The notes: generated by a model not told the origin, from the letters alone. DNA of 64,000 nt from Saprospiraceae bacterium (GCA_965227445.1 OZ245751.1:4178499-4242498), one strand, 5' to 3'. Counted from the first letter of the stretch, positions 10,299 through 20,429 are shown. A program made the numbers and translations.

Positions 10299-11111
10299 AT
10301 GGAACAGAAATTCATTCAATCCCTATACGATGCACACCAGCGGGCACCACGCATGCCCGAACCAGCTTTAGTTTGCAACTGGCTGGAAGGCTTACTCGGT
10401 GTGCTTTTTCCGGAATTTTCCAATCATCGCTACCGCTCACACCGGGAGTTCACACAGCATTTCGGAGACTTACAGCTTGAACTCTTTCGCATTCTGCAGT
10501 CCCTCGACGATCGGCATGGTGTCGTTCCTGAGCACGTGGAGCATCAATTCATGGAACGGTTGCCCTTCGTGCGCGACCTCCTGCTGCAAGATGCCGACGC
10601 CATTTTAGCTGGTGACCCGGCAGCTGTCAGCTTAACGGAAGTGATACGCACCTATCCGGGTTTCTACGCCATTGCGGTGTATCGCCTCGCCCATGAATTT
10701 CAGCAACTGCAGATTCCTCTGATCCCGCGCATCCTCACCGAACACGCACACAGTAAAACAGGCATCGACATTCACCCGGCGGCCCGAATCGGACCGGGCT
10801 TTTGCATTGATCACGGTACCGGGGTAGTGATCGGAGAAACCTGTGACATCGGACACCAGGTAAAAATTTACCAGGGGGTCACCCTCGGTGCCCTGAGTGT
10901 TCGCAAAGATCTGGCGCGCACCAAGCGCCACCCCACGATTGAGGATCGGGCGATCATTTATGCCGGCGCTACCATTCTGGGTGGCGATACGGTCATTGGC
11001 CACGATACGATTATCGGTGGTAATGTCTGGATCACCAAGAGCGTTCCGCCGCATTGCCGGATTTACTATACGGGATATATTCGCCAACAGGAAGCCGCCG
11101 GGAAGGAGTAA
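10299..11111 (+). CDS. cysE: serine O-acetyltransferase
   Basis: Hexapeptide-repeat region DIHPAARIGPGFCIDHGTGVVIGETCDIGHQVKIYQGVTLG, typical of CysE. Confidence 0.8.
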   Translation: MEQKFIQSLYDAHQRAPRMPEPALVCNWLEGLLGVLFPEFSNHRYRSHREFTQHFGDLQLELFRILQSLDDRHGVVPEHVEHQFMERLPFVRDLLLQDADAILAGDPAAVSLTEVIRTYPGFYAIAVYRLAHEFQQLQIPLIPRILTEHAHSKTGIDIHPAARIGPGFCIDHGTGVVIGETCDIGHQVKIYQGVTLGALSVRKDLARTKRHPTIEDRAIIYAGATILGGDTVIGHDTIIGGNVWITKSVPPHCRIYYTGYIRQQEAAGKE

Positions 11112-11215
11112 ATTTTTACCATGAGGTTGGGTGTAGATCATTTCGTAAAGTAATGGCAGTCAAGGCCTGACCTCCCGCTTTTTAGCTTTCGCAAAAAAAC
11201 CAGAAACCGACATCT

Positions 11216-12100
11216 ATGCCAGGTATTATTGATCTGATCGGGAACACCCCCCTCGTTGAACTCACCCGCCTATTCGATCGGCCCGAGGTGACCGTGTACG
11301 GAAAACTCGAAGGCCAGAACCCCGGCGGCAGCGTTAAGGATCGCGCCGCTTACGGAATGATTAAAGGAGCCCTGGACCGGGGCGACATACTGCAAGGGAC
11401 CAAATTAGTAGAAGCAACCAGTGGCAATACAGGTATCGCCCTGGCTATGATCGCACGGTTGTTTGGTATTCCCATCACCCTGATCATGCCGGAAAATGCG
11501 ACCAAAGAACGCGTGCAGACCATGGAAGCTTACGGGGCTACCGTGCTCCTGACTCCAGCCGAAAAAACCATTGAATATTCCCGCGAAAAAGCTGAATCCA
11601 TGGCTCAGTCCGGCGAGTATGTCTTGCTCAATCAATTCGCCAATCCCGATAACTGGGGCATGCATTATCGCACTACCGGACCCGAAATTTGGCGTGATAC
11701 GCAGGGAAAAGTAACACACTTTGTATCTTCCATGGGAACTACGGGCACCATCATGGGCGTCAGTCGCTTCCTGAAGGAGCAAAACGATCAGGTACAAATC
11801 GTTGGCGTACAACCCACCGACGGCAGCAGCATCCCGGGCATACGCCGTTGGTCCCCCGAATTCCTGCCCGCTATTTTCGAGCGTGAACGGGTAGATACGG
11901 TTATCGATGTCTCCCAGGAAGAAGCCGTAACCATGGCACGACGCCTGGCCGCAGAGGAAGGTATATTTGCGGGTATGAGTAGCGGAGGAGCCGTAACGGC
12001 CGCCCGTAAATTAGTAGATCAATTAACAGGTCCGGCCACCATTGTCTGCATCATTTGCGACCGGGGTGACCGCTACCTATCAAGCGACCTATTTGGATAA
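11216..12100 (+). CDS. cysteine synthase (CysK/CysM type, PLP-dependent)
   Basis: GNTPLVEL and KLEGQNPGGSVKDRAAYGMI PLP-lysine region; 294 aa. Confidence 0.85.
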   Translation: MPGIIDLIGNTPLVELTRLFDRPEVTVYGKLEGQNPGGSVKDRAAYGMIKGALDRGDILQGTKLVEATSGNTGIALAMIARLFGIPITLIMPENATKERVQTMEAYGATVLLTPAEKTIEYSREKAESMAQSGEYVLLNQFANPDNWGMHYRTTGPEIWRDTQGKVTHFVSSMGTTGTIMGVSRFLKEQNDQVQIVGVQPTDGSSIPGIRRWSPEFLPAIFERERVDTVIDVSQEEAVTMARRLAAEEGIFAGMSSGGAVTAARKLVDQLTGPATIVCIICDRGDRYLSSDLFG

Positions 12101-12115
12101 CAAGCAAAACGAACT

Positions 12116-12643
12116 ATGAACCAAACAAACAACCTTATCTTATTACTAACTGCAGTACTCATCATCTCCGGATGCCAAACGACATCTGAGTCAACAACCC
12201 CCGAAGCCCCTACCGATCCAACTACCCTATTCCTGGTACGCCACGCCGAAAAGGCCAGTGACGGCACCACTGATCCGCCACTCACCGAAGAAGGTCACGC
12301 CCGGGCACGAGCCCTGCGGGATATGCTGTACGTCGCCGGCATCGATGCCATCTACAGCACCGAGTTCAAGCGTACCCGCCTCACCGCCCAACCCCTGGCC
12401 GATACCCTGGGCATTGAGATCCAAAGTTATCCACCCTTCGACTCTGCCTGGACCTCGGCCCTGCCCGAGCGTCACGCCGGCGAGCAAATCCTGATCGTCG
12501 GTCACTCCAATACCACCCCGGCCCTGGTCAACCATCTGGCGGGGAGCAACTACAAGCAACTGGGCGAGATGGAGTACGATAAGGTTTTCGTAGTGAGCGG
12601 GGATAATAGGCGAATGGTGGCGACGCAGTTGGTGTTGAATTAA
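12116..12643 (+). CDS. histidine phosphatase-family lipoprotein (SixA-like)
   Basis: Lipobox LIISGC; catalytic RHAE motif (LVRHAEKA) and second His motif VGHSNT. Confidence 0.6.
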   Translation: MNQTNNLILLLTAVLIISGCQTTSESTTPEAPTDPTTLFLVRHAEKASDGTTDPPLTEEGHARARALRDMLYVAGIDAIYSTEFKRTRLTAQPLADTLGIEIQSYPPFDSAWTSALPERHAGEQILIVGHSNTTPALVNHLAGSNYKQLGEMEYDKVFVVSGDNRRMVATQLVLN

Positions 12644-12647
12644 AAAA

Positions 12648-12690
12648 GAAACGGCTATCGGAAATCCTTCCCGATAGCCGTTTCTTTTTT
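12648..12690. terminator. bidirectional rho-independent terminator between convergent genes
   Basis: 14-bp perfect stem GAAACGGCTATCGG/CCGATAGCCGTTTC with flanking A-run and T-run. Confidence 0.65.
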
Positions 12691-12711
12691 GCCGAAAGGC
12701 AGAAAAGACTA

Positions 12712-13293
12712 TTACATGGACCACGTCTTTACCGGTACGCGGACCATGGTATCGTCCCAGGCCATGATCAGGTGAGCACCATCTTCCACTTCCTCGAACA
12801 TGATGGTGAACGCCTCCACGGTATCCTCCGTATCCATAGAAGGCACCGTGATGGTAGCCACATTATTATCGGCGCTGTAGGCGTAAGCACCCCAGCCGTC
12901 GAGGTCCGTATTGATCATCACTTCCCATTCGTCCTCACCGGGAACGGTGTATAGGGTGTATCGTCCGGCCTTGACTTTGGTGTCACCAACAACTACGTCT
13001 TCAAAAAAGGTGATCTCCGTAGATTCGTTGGCTCCGGCACGCCATACCTCACCGTAGCTGATCAGGTCGCCAAAAATATCGCGCCCTTTCTTCTGGGGGC
13101 GGGAGTATACGACCTTCATGACCGGCTGCATAGCCATTTTTTGTGCATCGGTATCCGCAAAGGCACGGAATGCAGCCCGATTCGGGAAATAGGCAGCGTC
13201 CATGGGCGATGCGTCCAATTCGGGCATTTCCTGAGCACTGACGGTACCCAGAGTTATCAGCATTAGGGCAGCCAAAGTTAAAAACCACTTCAT
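12712..13293 (-). CDS. DUF2911-family secreted protein
   Basis: Signal peptide; YSRPQKKGRDIFG...YGEVWRAGANEST motif region characteristic of DUF2911. Confidence 0.5.
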   Translation of the reverse strand: MKWFLTLAALMLITLGTVSAQEMPELDASPMDAAYFPNRAAFRAFADTDAQKMAMQPVMKVVYSRPQKKGRDIFGDLISYGEVWRAGANESTEITFFEDVVVGDTKVKAGRYTLYTVPGEDEWEVMINTDLDGWGAYAYSADNNVATITVPSMDTEDTVEAFTIMFEEVEDGAHLIMAWDDTMVRVPVKTWSM

Positions 13294-13498
13294 ACTATCG
13301 AATTTTAATGAGTAAAAGGAAAAATTAGCACTCCGTGATTGGTGAACGAGGCACTAATACGTTTGCATAACAAGGAGAATCTAATCTGGTTGCTTGCAAT
13401 CGACGTAAAGGTCGATTGTACCGCCGAATTGAACTGACGTGGCAGCGACATAGACCATAATCGAACGAAATTGTATCTTTCCGGCAAAGGCTTATTTC

Positions 13499-14047
13499 AT
13501 GACTCCTTACGAACCCCTGGACGATACCTCTCAATGGGACGACGGGCCATCCAACGGTGCCCCCAATGCCGTTACCCTCGAAGTGCCCAATGAAAACCAG
13601 TTCATCCTCTTGTGTGTGGTGACCCTGGGATTGTATGCCGTGTGGTGGATGTACAAAACCTGGCGTTTCTTTGATGAGCGGGAACAAGCCAACCTCTACC
13701 CTGTCCTGCGGGCAGTATTAGCTCTGTTCTTCCTGTACAGCCTGTTGCAACGCATCAAGGGCTATGCTCTGGAGCGAGAACAGGAGGTTCCCTTTCAGCC
13801 GGTGGTACAGTACCTGGCTTATATTGCCCTATCCCTGACCGGCTACCTGCCGGAGCCCTACTTTCTGGTAGCCCTGGCAGCCTATCTAATGCTTTTACCG
13901 GGTTACCGAACCCTCTACGCGGCAATGGACGCCGATCCCCACTTTCGGATCCATTTTCAGGTACAGTTAAGCCAGCGACAATTAGCACTGGTATTCGTCG
14001 GTGGATTTTTCTGGCTCATGATGATCGTTGGACTCTTCGGCAGCTAG
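13499..14047 (+). CDS. hypothetical membrane protein
   Basis: Four or so hydrophobic helices; no motif. Confidence 0.3.
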   Translation: MTPYEPLDDTSQWDDGPSNGAPNAVTLEVPNENQFILLCVVTLGLYAVWWMYKTWRFFDEREQANLYPVLRAVLALFFLYSLLQRIKGYALEREQEVPFQPVVQYLAYIALSLTGYLPEPYFLVALAAYLMLLPGYRTLYAAMDADPHFRIHFQVQLSQRQLALVFVGGFFWLMMIVGLFGS

Positions 14048-14128
14048 TGGTGACAGAACAAAAAGCCGGTAAAAACGTGGTGGGAATACACCATTTTTAG
14101 TGTTACCTGCATCACTTATTATAGCCAT

Positions 14129-14320
14129 ATGAAAACGCTACTTACTATCTGGGCCTGCCTGCTTGGACTGTGCAGCCTGAATGCCCAAAACCTACCCGTC
14201 TTTACCGCACAGGCGGAAGACGATGCCAATTACTTTGAAACCATCGACAACTTGCCCGGCGATGAATACAAAGATACCGCCATTTCCGAGCTTTTGATCG
14301 ACGGGGTGGGTGTACACTAG
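14129..14320 (+). CDS. small secreted hypothetical protein
   Basis: Signal peptide MKTLLTIWACLLGLCSLNAQ; 63 aa. Confidence 0.25.
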   Translation: MKTLLTIWACLLGLCSLNAQNLPVFTAQAEDDANYFETIDNLPGDEYKDTAISELLIDGVGVH

Positions 14321-14344
14321 ACAAAAATTCTTTAAAGGCTTGCC

Positions 14345-14575
14345 AAAGTCGGAAAGCGGAAAGCGGAGGTCGGAAATTAATCGGGACTGCTGAGACGATA
14401 GAGACTACAGAAACTGAAGGGACCGGAGTGACTTGATGAAATCGGTAGCCTGCGCTAAAGCTACGGCAGTCAGGGAAATCGGAAGGCGGAAGTAAAGGAT
14501 GGAGAGGACCGAAGCGACAGTAGAGATCTTAGAGACCAAGTCGCTAAAGTCCTAATACATAATACCTAATACCAT
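14345..14575. repeat. degenerate heptamer-periodic intergenic repeat block
   Basis: CGGAAAG/CGGAGGT/CGGAAAT and TAATACA/TAATACC heptamer runs. Shares words such as GGACCGGAGTGACTTGA with the blocks at 44.6 and 50.2 kb. Confidence 0.5.
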
Positions 14576-14584
14576 GTACCACAA

Positions 14585-16381
14585 CTAATAATCCAGATCC
14601 ACGCCACCTGATTCGGGTTCTTTTTGGTCTTCTTCAGTACGCTCTTGGAACTCCTGGCGGAAGGTTTTGCGGAAGCGCAATCGCTGACGGTAGGGATACA
14701 CAGTGACCAGCTCGCCGGCTTCCAGACGCTTTTGGACATCGATCCAGAAGGTGACATCAAACAGGTCTTGGTGCCGCTCCAGAAACATATCCCTGATCTC
14801 CTTGCGGCCGATCAAAAAACGCGGAAACTCTTCCGGGAATACGTCGTTAGCACCTACGGAATACCAGGGATCCGATGACATCTCTTCCTCGTAGGTCCGC
14901 GCCTCCGGAATGCGCCGGAAGTTGTAATCAGTCAAAAAACCGATCTCGTCGTAGTCGTAGAAAACCACCCTTTTAAGGCGGGTCACACCGAAGTTCTTCA
15001 GCAGCATATCACCTGGAAAGATATTGACGCAGGCCATCTGCTTGATCGCTTTCCCGTATTCCTGGATAACTTCCCGTGCTTCCTCCGGTTTCGCCGTTTC
15101 CAGATACAGATTGAGTGGAATCATCTTCTTTTCAATGTACATATGGCTGACCTCTACGGTATCCTCCTCTACAATGACTTTGGAACCACATTCATTGATC
15201 AGTTCTTCGAGCAGGTCATCGGATATACGGCTGCGATCGAACACAAAATTCTGAAAAACGTGGCTATCGGCCATCCGTCCGACGCGATCGTGCAGGGAGA
15301 CGATTTCGTATTTTTCCCGCACCTCCTTTTCGGTCACTTTCTTGGGTGCCGCGAAACGGTCTTTTATAACCTTAAAGACCATATTATAGCTCGGCAGGTG
15401 AAACACAGTCATTACCATACCTTTGATACCGGGCGTAAATTCAAACTGGTCGGTGGAAACCTGCAGGTGCCGCAAAAAATCACGGTAGAGCACCGTCTTA
15501 CCGTGCTTTTCGAAGCCGATGGAGTTGTACACCTCCCCCATGCTTTTGGTAGGCAGAATAGACCGCAAAAAGTCGACCTGCTCGCTGACGATGTCGGTCT
15601 CCACCAGGAAATAGGAACGGTTGTAGGAAAAGATGGAACTCACATCGTTCATTTCCAGTAATACCGTATCGACAAATATCCCCCGCTCCTCGTGCAGCAG
15701 AGGCAGCACAAACGGATGCAGTTTATCATCGAGGTAGAGCCGACCGACCACGTAGGCGGCCTTATTCCGGAAAAAAATGGATTTCAGCACCTCAATACGG
15801 GCGGTGCGAAAAGCCCGGTGACCATCGAGCAGCTTAGTGCGGAGGGTTTCGCAAATAAACCGAATGTCGCGGTCCAGGTCTTCAAAGGGAGCATCAAAAC
15901 GAAAGTAAGTAAACAACTGTTGCACCGTCATCTCAATGGGGTCCGTCAGGTAGAGGGTATGGTAGATTGGAATCGCTGACTTGAACTCCCGGTACGTTCC
16001 GGTAGCGTGGACAAACATAAGTTCCTCGTCCACACTCAACCCGCGATGGCTATGACGAAACACAGAATTGTAGTAGGTTTCCGCAATATTTCGGGTGTTG
16101 AAGTTGGTGATCTCATCGAGGAACATATCCTTGAGTTCCTGCCATATTTCCCGGTCGTGCCGCCGCTCGCCCAGAAAAGACAGTAATTTGTCGGTGGTAT
16201 CCCCGACCGAATCCCGGTACAGAGTAAGGCGGGATCGCGCATCTTCCTGGATGCCGTGCCAGTCACGGTGCTCAAAGCGGATCTTGGCCCGTTTGGTGAT
16301 CCGCTTGAAGAGGTGATGGTATTGTAAATAGGCCTCCAGGATTATGTAGGCCGCATCATAGGGTATGAGCTTCTTAAACAT
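14585..16381 (-). CDS. aceK: isocitrate dehydrogenase kinase/phosphatase
   Basis: FEHRDWHGIQ...IAETYYNSVF N-terminal region and C-terminal NIFPGDMLLKNFGVTRLKRVVFYDYDEIGFLTDYNFRRIP...DPWYSV...VFPEEF, strongly resembling E. coli AceK. Start trimmed to the internal ATG at 16381 (599 aa) rather than the track's 658 aa. Confidence 0.85.
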   Translation of the reverse strand: MFKKLIPYDAAYIILEAYLQYHHLFKRITKRAKIRFEHRDWHGIQEDARSRLTLYRDSVGDTTDKLLSFLGERRHDREIWQELKDMFLDEITNFNTRNIAETYYNSVFRHSHRGLSVDEELMFVHATGTYREFKSAIPIYHTLYLTDPIEMTVQQLFTYFRFDAPFEDLDRDIRFICETLRTKLLDGHRAFRTARIEVLKSIFFRNKAAYVVGRLYLDDKLHPFVLPLLHEERGIFVDTVLLEMNDVSSIFSYNRSYFLVETDIVSEQVDFLRSILPTKSMGEVYNSIGFEKHGKTVLYRDFLRHLQVSTDQFEFTPGIKGMVMTVFHLPSYNMVFKVIKDRFAAPKKVTEKEVREKYEIVSLHDRVGRMADSHVFQNFVFDRSRISDDLLEELINECGSKVIVEEDTVEVSHMYIEKKMIPLNLYLETAKPEEAREVIQEYGKAIKQMACVNIFPGDMLLKNFGVTRLKRVVFYDYDEIGFLTDYNFRRIPEARTYEEEMSSDPWYSVGANDVFPEEFPRFLIGRKEIRDMFLERHQDLFDVTFWIDVQKRLEAGELVTVYPYRQRLRFRKTFRQEFQERTEEDQKEPESGGVDLDY

Positions 16382-16445
16382 GCAGCAATTAAAAGTTCGT
16401 TCGTTAAGTAAAGTACGCAATCGCTTTAGCAAAACTAAACTCGAA

Positions 16446-19061
16446 ATGATTCGAAGGCTTTTTTCCTGCATATCCCTCCTTTTCTTCCTGGCGACACTTT
16501 CTGCCCAAACACCTAAGCCTGCCCTCGAGACCGATAAGGTCAGTGCCTTTCGGCAAAACACAACGCCCGCTAAGGTGTTGCTGCTCGTCGATTCACTGCC
16601 TGCCTTTCGAAACTGGTTGGAGCAGAAAAATATGCTTCATGACTCAATTCGTTGGTTCCCGGAGCATAGTGGCTGCCTGATCAGGCTTTCGCCAAAAGAC
16701 TACGCCCGCATGGTGGAGGAATATCCCGGACTGCGGTACGCTGATATCCGTAACCGTATCCCCCGGCCCGAAGCCCCGCAAAGCAGATACGACCAGACGC
16801 TGAACCGATTAAATGTGGTACGAGACCGTTTCCCAAACCTCACGGGATTTACAGAGGTGCTGGCGATCAAGGAACCTCGCTTCGATACTACCGACCTCGA
16901 TGTGAAGGGGCGATACCTGCCCTCCGGGCTGGAAACCGACGAAAGCGACCAACACGCCACCGATATGGCTACCCTGGCTGCCGGGTCGGGTTTGAGCTTT
17001 TACACGGCTCTGGGGGTCGCTCCCGAAGTCCTGTTGACCAGTTCCGATTTTCTGCGTCTGTTACCCGATCCCAGTGATCTGTTTGTGCAGACGGGCAGCC
17101 GGGTGCAAAACCACTCCTACGGCCTCGGCATTGAAAACTATTACGGAGCTGAGGCCCGGGCCTACGATCAGCAGATACACGATTTTGGCGACCTGACGCA
17201 CGTTTTTTCGGCCGGCAATGCCGGTACGGAAACCCCGGATACGGGTCGCTACGAAGGTATTTCGGGGGTTGCCAACCTGACCGGCACCTTCAAACAAGCC
17301 AAAAACGTTCTGACGGTGGGGGCCGTCGATTCGGCCGGACAAATTGAGGAGCGCAGTTCCCGGGGACCGGCCTACGACGGCCGCATCAAACCCGAGCTCG
17401 TGGCTTTCGGGCAGGATGGTAGCTCGGGAGCAGCGGCCATCACCTCGGGGGTAGCAACCCTCTTACACCAACGCTTTCGGGAACAACAGGGGAATCCCAT
17501 TCCGGCTTCCCTGCTGCGGGCTATCCTGCTTAACAGTGCGCAGGATCAGGGTCCCCCGGGCCCGGATTTCACCTATGGCTTCGGGCTCCTCGACGCTTAC
17601 GAAGCATTGGATCAACTGACCAATGTTCAGTTTTTTAGCGGAAGTGTACCGGCCAGCGAATCCCGGGATGTTACTATCGAATTACCCGAGGGTACGGGGC
17701 AGCTCAGGGTCACGCTGGCCTGGACCGATCCGGCCGGCGGGTTACTTCCCGAACGGGCGTTAGTGCATGACCTGGACCTCACCCTGGTTCACCTCAGTTC
17801 GGGTACCACTTATCAGCCATGGGTGCCTTCGGCCCATCCGGATTCGTTGAAACTGGAGGCTGTACCGGGACGTGATTCTTTAAACCCGCAGGAACAGATT
17901 ACCATCGAGCAACCACCGGCCGGAACCTACCAGATCGTAGTGCAGGGACCGTCAAGCCTTACTACGACTCAGCAGGCCTTTGCGATTGCTTACGACTGGG
18001 TGCCTGCCAATACGCTGAGCTGGGAATATCCCCTGCGCAACGATCCGGTGCGGGGCGGACGGGAAGTATACCTTCGCTGGCAGGCCTCCCCCAACAATAC
18101 CGCAACCGCTGCTCTCGACTGGAAATGGACGGGGGATGCCACCTGGCAAGAGCTGACACCTAACGTATCCTTGCGCGACCGACAGTGGCGCTGGAAGATT
18201 CCCGACACTATTGGTCTGGCCCAACTTCGAATCCGGACAAATGATCGAGAAGTGATTTCCGACACTTTTGTCGTTTCCCGTCCGCTTGATCTTTCGGTGG
18301 CCTATCAATGCCGGGAAGACGTACTGATCCAATGGGAAAATGTGAACCAGGCCGTCGGCTACGAAATAACTCGCATCGACAACCAGGGGATAACCAACGA
18401 AACAGTTGGTCAGGACACAACGGCTCTGTTCAGGGTGTCCGAGCCAGACAAAACCTTCCTGGCTGTACAGCCACTGCTGCCGGGTAGCAGAGCCGGCATT
18501 CGCTCGCTGGCCATCAACGTGGGGTTTCAGCAAGCCGCCTGCTTCGTGGAACGTTTTAGCGGAAGCGAAATAAATGGTAGCATCGAATTAAACCTGACAC
18601 TGGGCTTCGAAGGGAACATCTCCCGGATCGAAATAGCAAAAGACACGCGAATGGGGGAGCAACAACTAGCTGCCATCGTACCTGATAATCGTGTCACCTA
18701 CCAATTAACCGATACCGAACCACTGATCGGTAACAACCGGTACATCGCCCGTCTGCACTTTACAGATGATCGGGATCCAATCACAGTGACGACCACTGTC
18801 CCTTTCCAGGGAGATGAAACAGCCGTAGTCTTTGCCAGCGGCAGCGCGCGTTCGGGCCTGGTGGTGCGGATTGTTCCCCAACAAGTGGGATCCATCTTTG
18901 AAGTGTACGATATGCTGGGACGCCGGGTAGTCCGAACCGACCTGCTGTCCACCGTAGAGTCCGTGTCTACGGCTACCTTACCTGCGGGCTGGTATGTATA
19001 TCGGCTGTTGGAGGATGGGGCATCCAGGGCGGAAGGCATTTTTCAGGTGATTAGCAGGTAA
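16446..19061 (+). CDS. S8-family serine peptidase with T9SS C-terminal sorting domain
   Basis: Signal peptide from the internal ATG at 16446; subtilase Ser region GSSGAAAITSG; C-terminal about 80 aa beta-sandwich tail ...VYDMLGRRV...AGWYVYRL typical of Por/T9SS cargo. Confidence 0.7.
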   Translation: MIRRLFSCISLLFFLATLSAQTPKPALETDKVSAFRQNTTPAKVLLLVDSLPAFRNWLEQKNMLHDSIRWFPEHSGCLIRLSPKDYARMVEEYPGLRYADIRNRIPRPEAPQSRYDQTLNRLNVVRDRFPNLTGFTEVLAIKEPRFDTTDLDVKGRYLPSGLETDESDQHATDMATLAAGSGLSFYTALGVAPEVLLTSSDFLRLLPDPSDLFVQTGSRVQNHSYGLGIENYYGAEARAYDQQIHDFGDLTHVFSAGNAGTETPDTGRYEGISGVANLTGTFKQAKNVLTVGAVDSAGQIEERSSRGPAYDGRIKPELVAFGQDGSSGAAAITSGVATLLHQRFREQQGNPIPASLLRAILLNSAQDQGPPGPDFTYGFGLLDAYEALDQLTNVQFFSGSVPASESRDVTIELPEGTGQLRVTLAWTDPAGGLLPERALVHDLDLTLVHLSSGTTYQPWVPSAHPDSLKLEAVPGRDSLNPQEQITIEQPPAGTYQIVVQGPSSLTTTQQAFAIAYDWVPANTLSWEYPLRNDPVRGGREVYLRWQASPNNTATAALDWKWTGDATWQELTPNVSLRDRQWRWKIPDTIGLAQLRIRTNDREVISDTFVVSRPLDLSVAYQCREDVLIQWENVNQAVGYEITRIDNQGITNETVGQDTTALFRVSEPDKTFLAVQPLLPGSRAGIRSLAINVGFQQAACFVERFSGSEINGSIELNLTLGFEGNISRIEIAKDTRMGEQQLAAIVPDNRVTYQLTDTEPLIGNNRYIARLHFTDDRDPITVTTTVPFQGDETAVVFASGSARSGLVVRIVPQQVGSIFEVYDMLGRRVVRTDLLSTVESVSTATLPAGWYVYRLLEDGASRAEGIFQVISR

Positions 19062-19088
19062 CTACCATATTTATTCCATTAATCAAAA

Positions 19089-19116
19089 GGGGGTACGCTA
19101 CAACTAGCGTACCCCC
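19089..19116. terminator. bidirectional terminator hairpin
   Basis: Perfect 11-bp stem GGGGGTACGCT/AGCGTACCCCC with a 6-nt loop, between convergent genes. Confidence 0.6.
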
Positions 19117-19145
19117 AATGCCTTTAAGTGATCCTGCAGATCAGA

Positions 19146-20090
19146 TTAGTACAGATAATCCAATGCTGTTTTATCATCGTTGTTGAATGGACGATCTGAC
19201 CCATCCGTACAGGACAGCATCCAAGATGCAGCGGATAAGGTTGCACCCGTTGGTGTACCGGGAATATGGATAGCTCCGACACCAGCATCCCCTTCGTTAG
19301 AAGTAGACCCACCGCAGCTAATGCTCCGATCAAAATAATCGGTGTGGCGGAAGCCGATACAGTGACCCATTTCGTGGGCGATGATGGTTGCGATACCATT
19401 TACGGACAATCCATACGAGCTTTCCAGCACACCACTCATATTTATGGTTCCGTAAGGGTCACCTGCCGAAGTAGGAAATCCAGCAGAACCGAGTACACCG
19501 CGGCGCTCATCTCGTTTATTCAGACGGCGAACTACAATATCAGCCCCAGTTGAACTGGTAGTTCGTACGAAGGATAATTCCAGGTTTTCATTATTGAAAC
19601 GAGCAATAGCTTCGTTCATTGCTAAGTCGTACGTTGAAGGAAACGCAGCGCCAGAGGTACTTCCACCCGGCTTCCCACCTCCTTTACCACCACCATTGTT
19701 GCCGCCACCGCCGCCACCGCCGTCGTCAGTGCCTTCAACTTCCATGTATACGGTGATTGTACGGCTGCCACCCGTCGTCACCAGATTGGTTGTGTGGTAC
19801 TGTTCGGCATTAGGTACGCGAACCTCCTTGGGCTGAGAAGCCAGCAGATCCTCCGTAATGATGATGTCCCGCTCAATGCGGTACCCTTCGTCCACCTTTT
19901 CAATACCGTCGGGGTTAAAGCCCATTCCGTAGAGCTGATCAATAACTTCCTGCGGTACTTCACCGCGGGCTTCGTAATCATCTTTTTCGCAAGAAAACAC
20001 AAAAAGTCCCATGGCTACTACGAGTAGCAGAATAATTTTTTTCATACTAGAATAATTTGCTTTACTAAAATATTCGTTTGACTGACTCAA
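19146..20090 (-). CDS. zinc metalloprotease lipoprotein (HExxHxxGxxH zincin)
   Basis: Lipobox VFSCEKDD; IIAHEMGHCIGFRHTD zinc-binding motif; poly-Gly linker GGGGGGGNNGGGKGGGKPGG. Confidence 0.6.
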   Translation of the reverse strand: MSQSNEYFSKANYSSMKKIILLLVVAMGLFVFSCEKDDYEARGEVPQEVIDQLYGMGFNPDGIEKVDEGYRIERDIIITEDLLASQPKEVRVPNAEQYHTTNLVTTGGSRTITVYMEVEGTDDGGGGGGGNNGGGKGGGKPGGSTSGAAFPSTYDLAMNEAIARFNNENLELSFVRTTSSTGADIVVRRLNKRDERRGVLGSAGFPTSAGDPYGTINMSGVLESSYGLSVNGIATIIAHEMGHCIGFRHTDYFDRSISCGGSTSNEGDAGVGAIHIPGTPTGATLSAASWMLSCTDGSDRPFNNDDKTALDYLY

Positions 20091-20429
20091 TAAACGAAAT
20101 ATTTAATTTGCTGAAAAATGAATTCAGCTTCCTTACCTGAGTATTTCACCTGAGTCGGAGCGAACAAACGAACACTACCGTCAAACAATTAACTGATATT
20201 CAACAACCTAACCCCTAAGGCGTATGGCGAAAAGAATCATTCATTTATTCGAAAGAATCCATGTTTTTTTTTCAAAACGAGAAAAAACTATACCCGTAAA
20301 TACCACAAAAAGGGTAACGTACAGAATAAAAAATAACCTATATGTCGCTATTTAGTCAAAAACCAGCGACTTAAACAGGCCGTGATAAGCACTGGATAAT
20401 TCACTTATATCACTTTGATTGCTGAAAGA

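Noticed and set aside
13325-13687. 120-aa minus-strand ORF
   Set aside because: It overlaps the divergent promoter region and the 5' end of the 13499-14047 gene, and has no motif or signal.
16365-16561. Overlapping N-terminal extensions of aceK (track 658 aa) and the S8 peptidase (track start 16365)
   Set aside because: Homology to AceK begins at the internal ATG 16381, and the signal peptide of the peptidase begins at ATG 16446. The extensions would make the two divergent genes overlap by 200 bp, so they are most likely untranslated.
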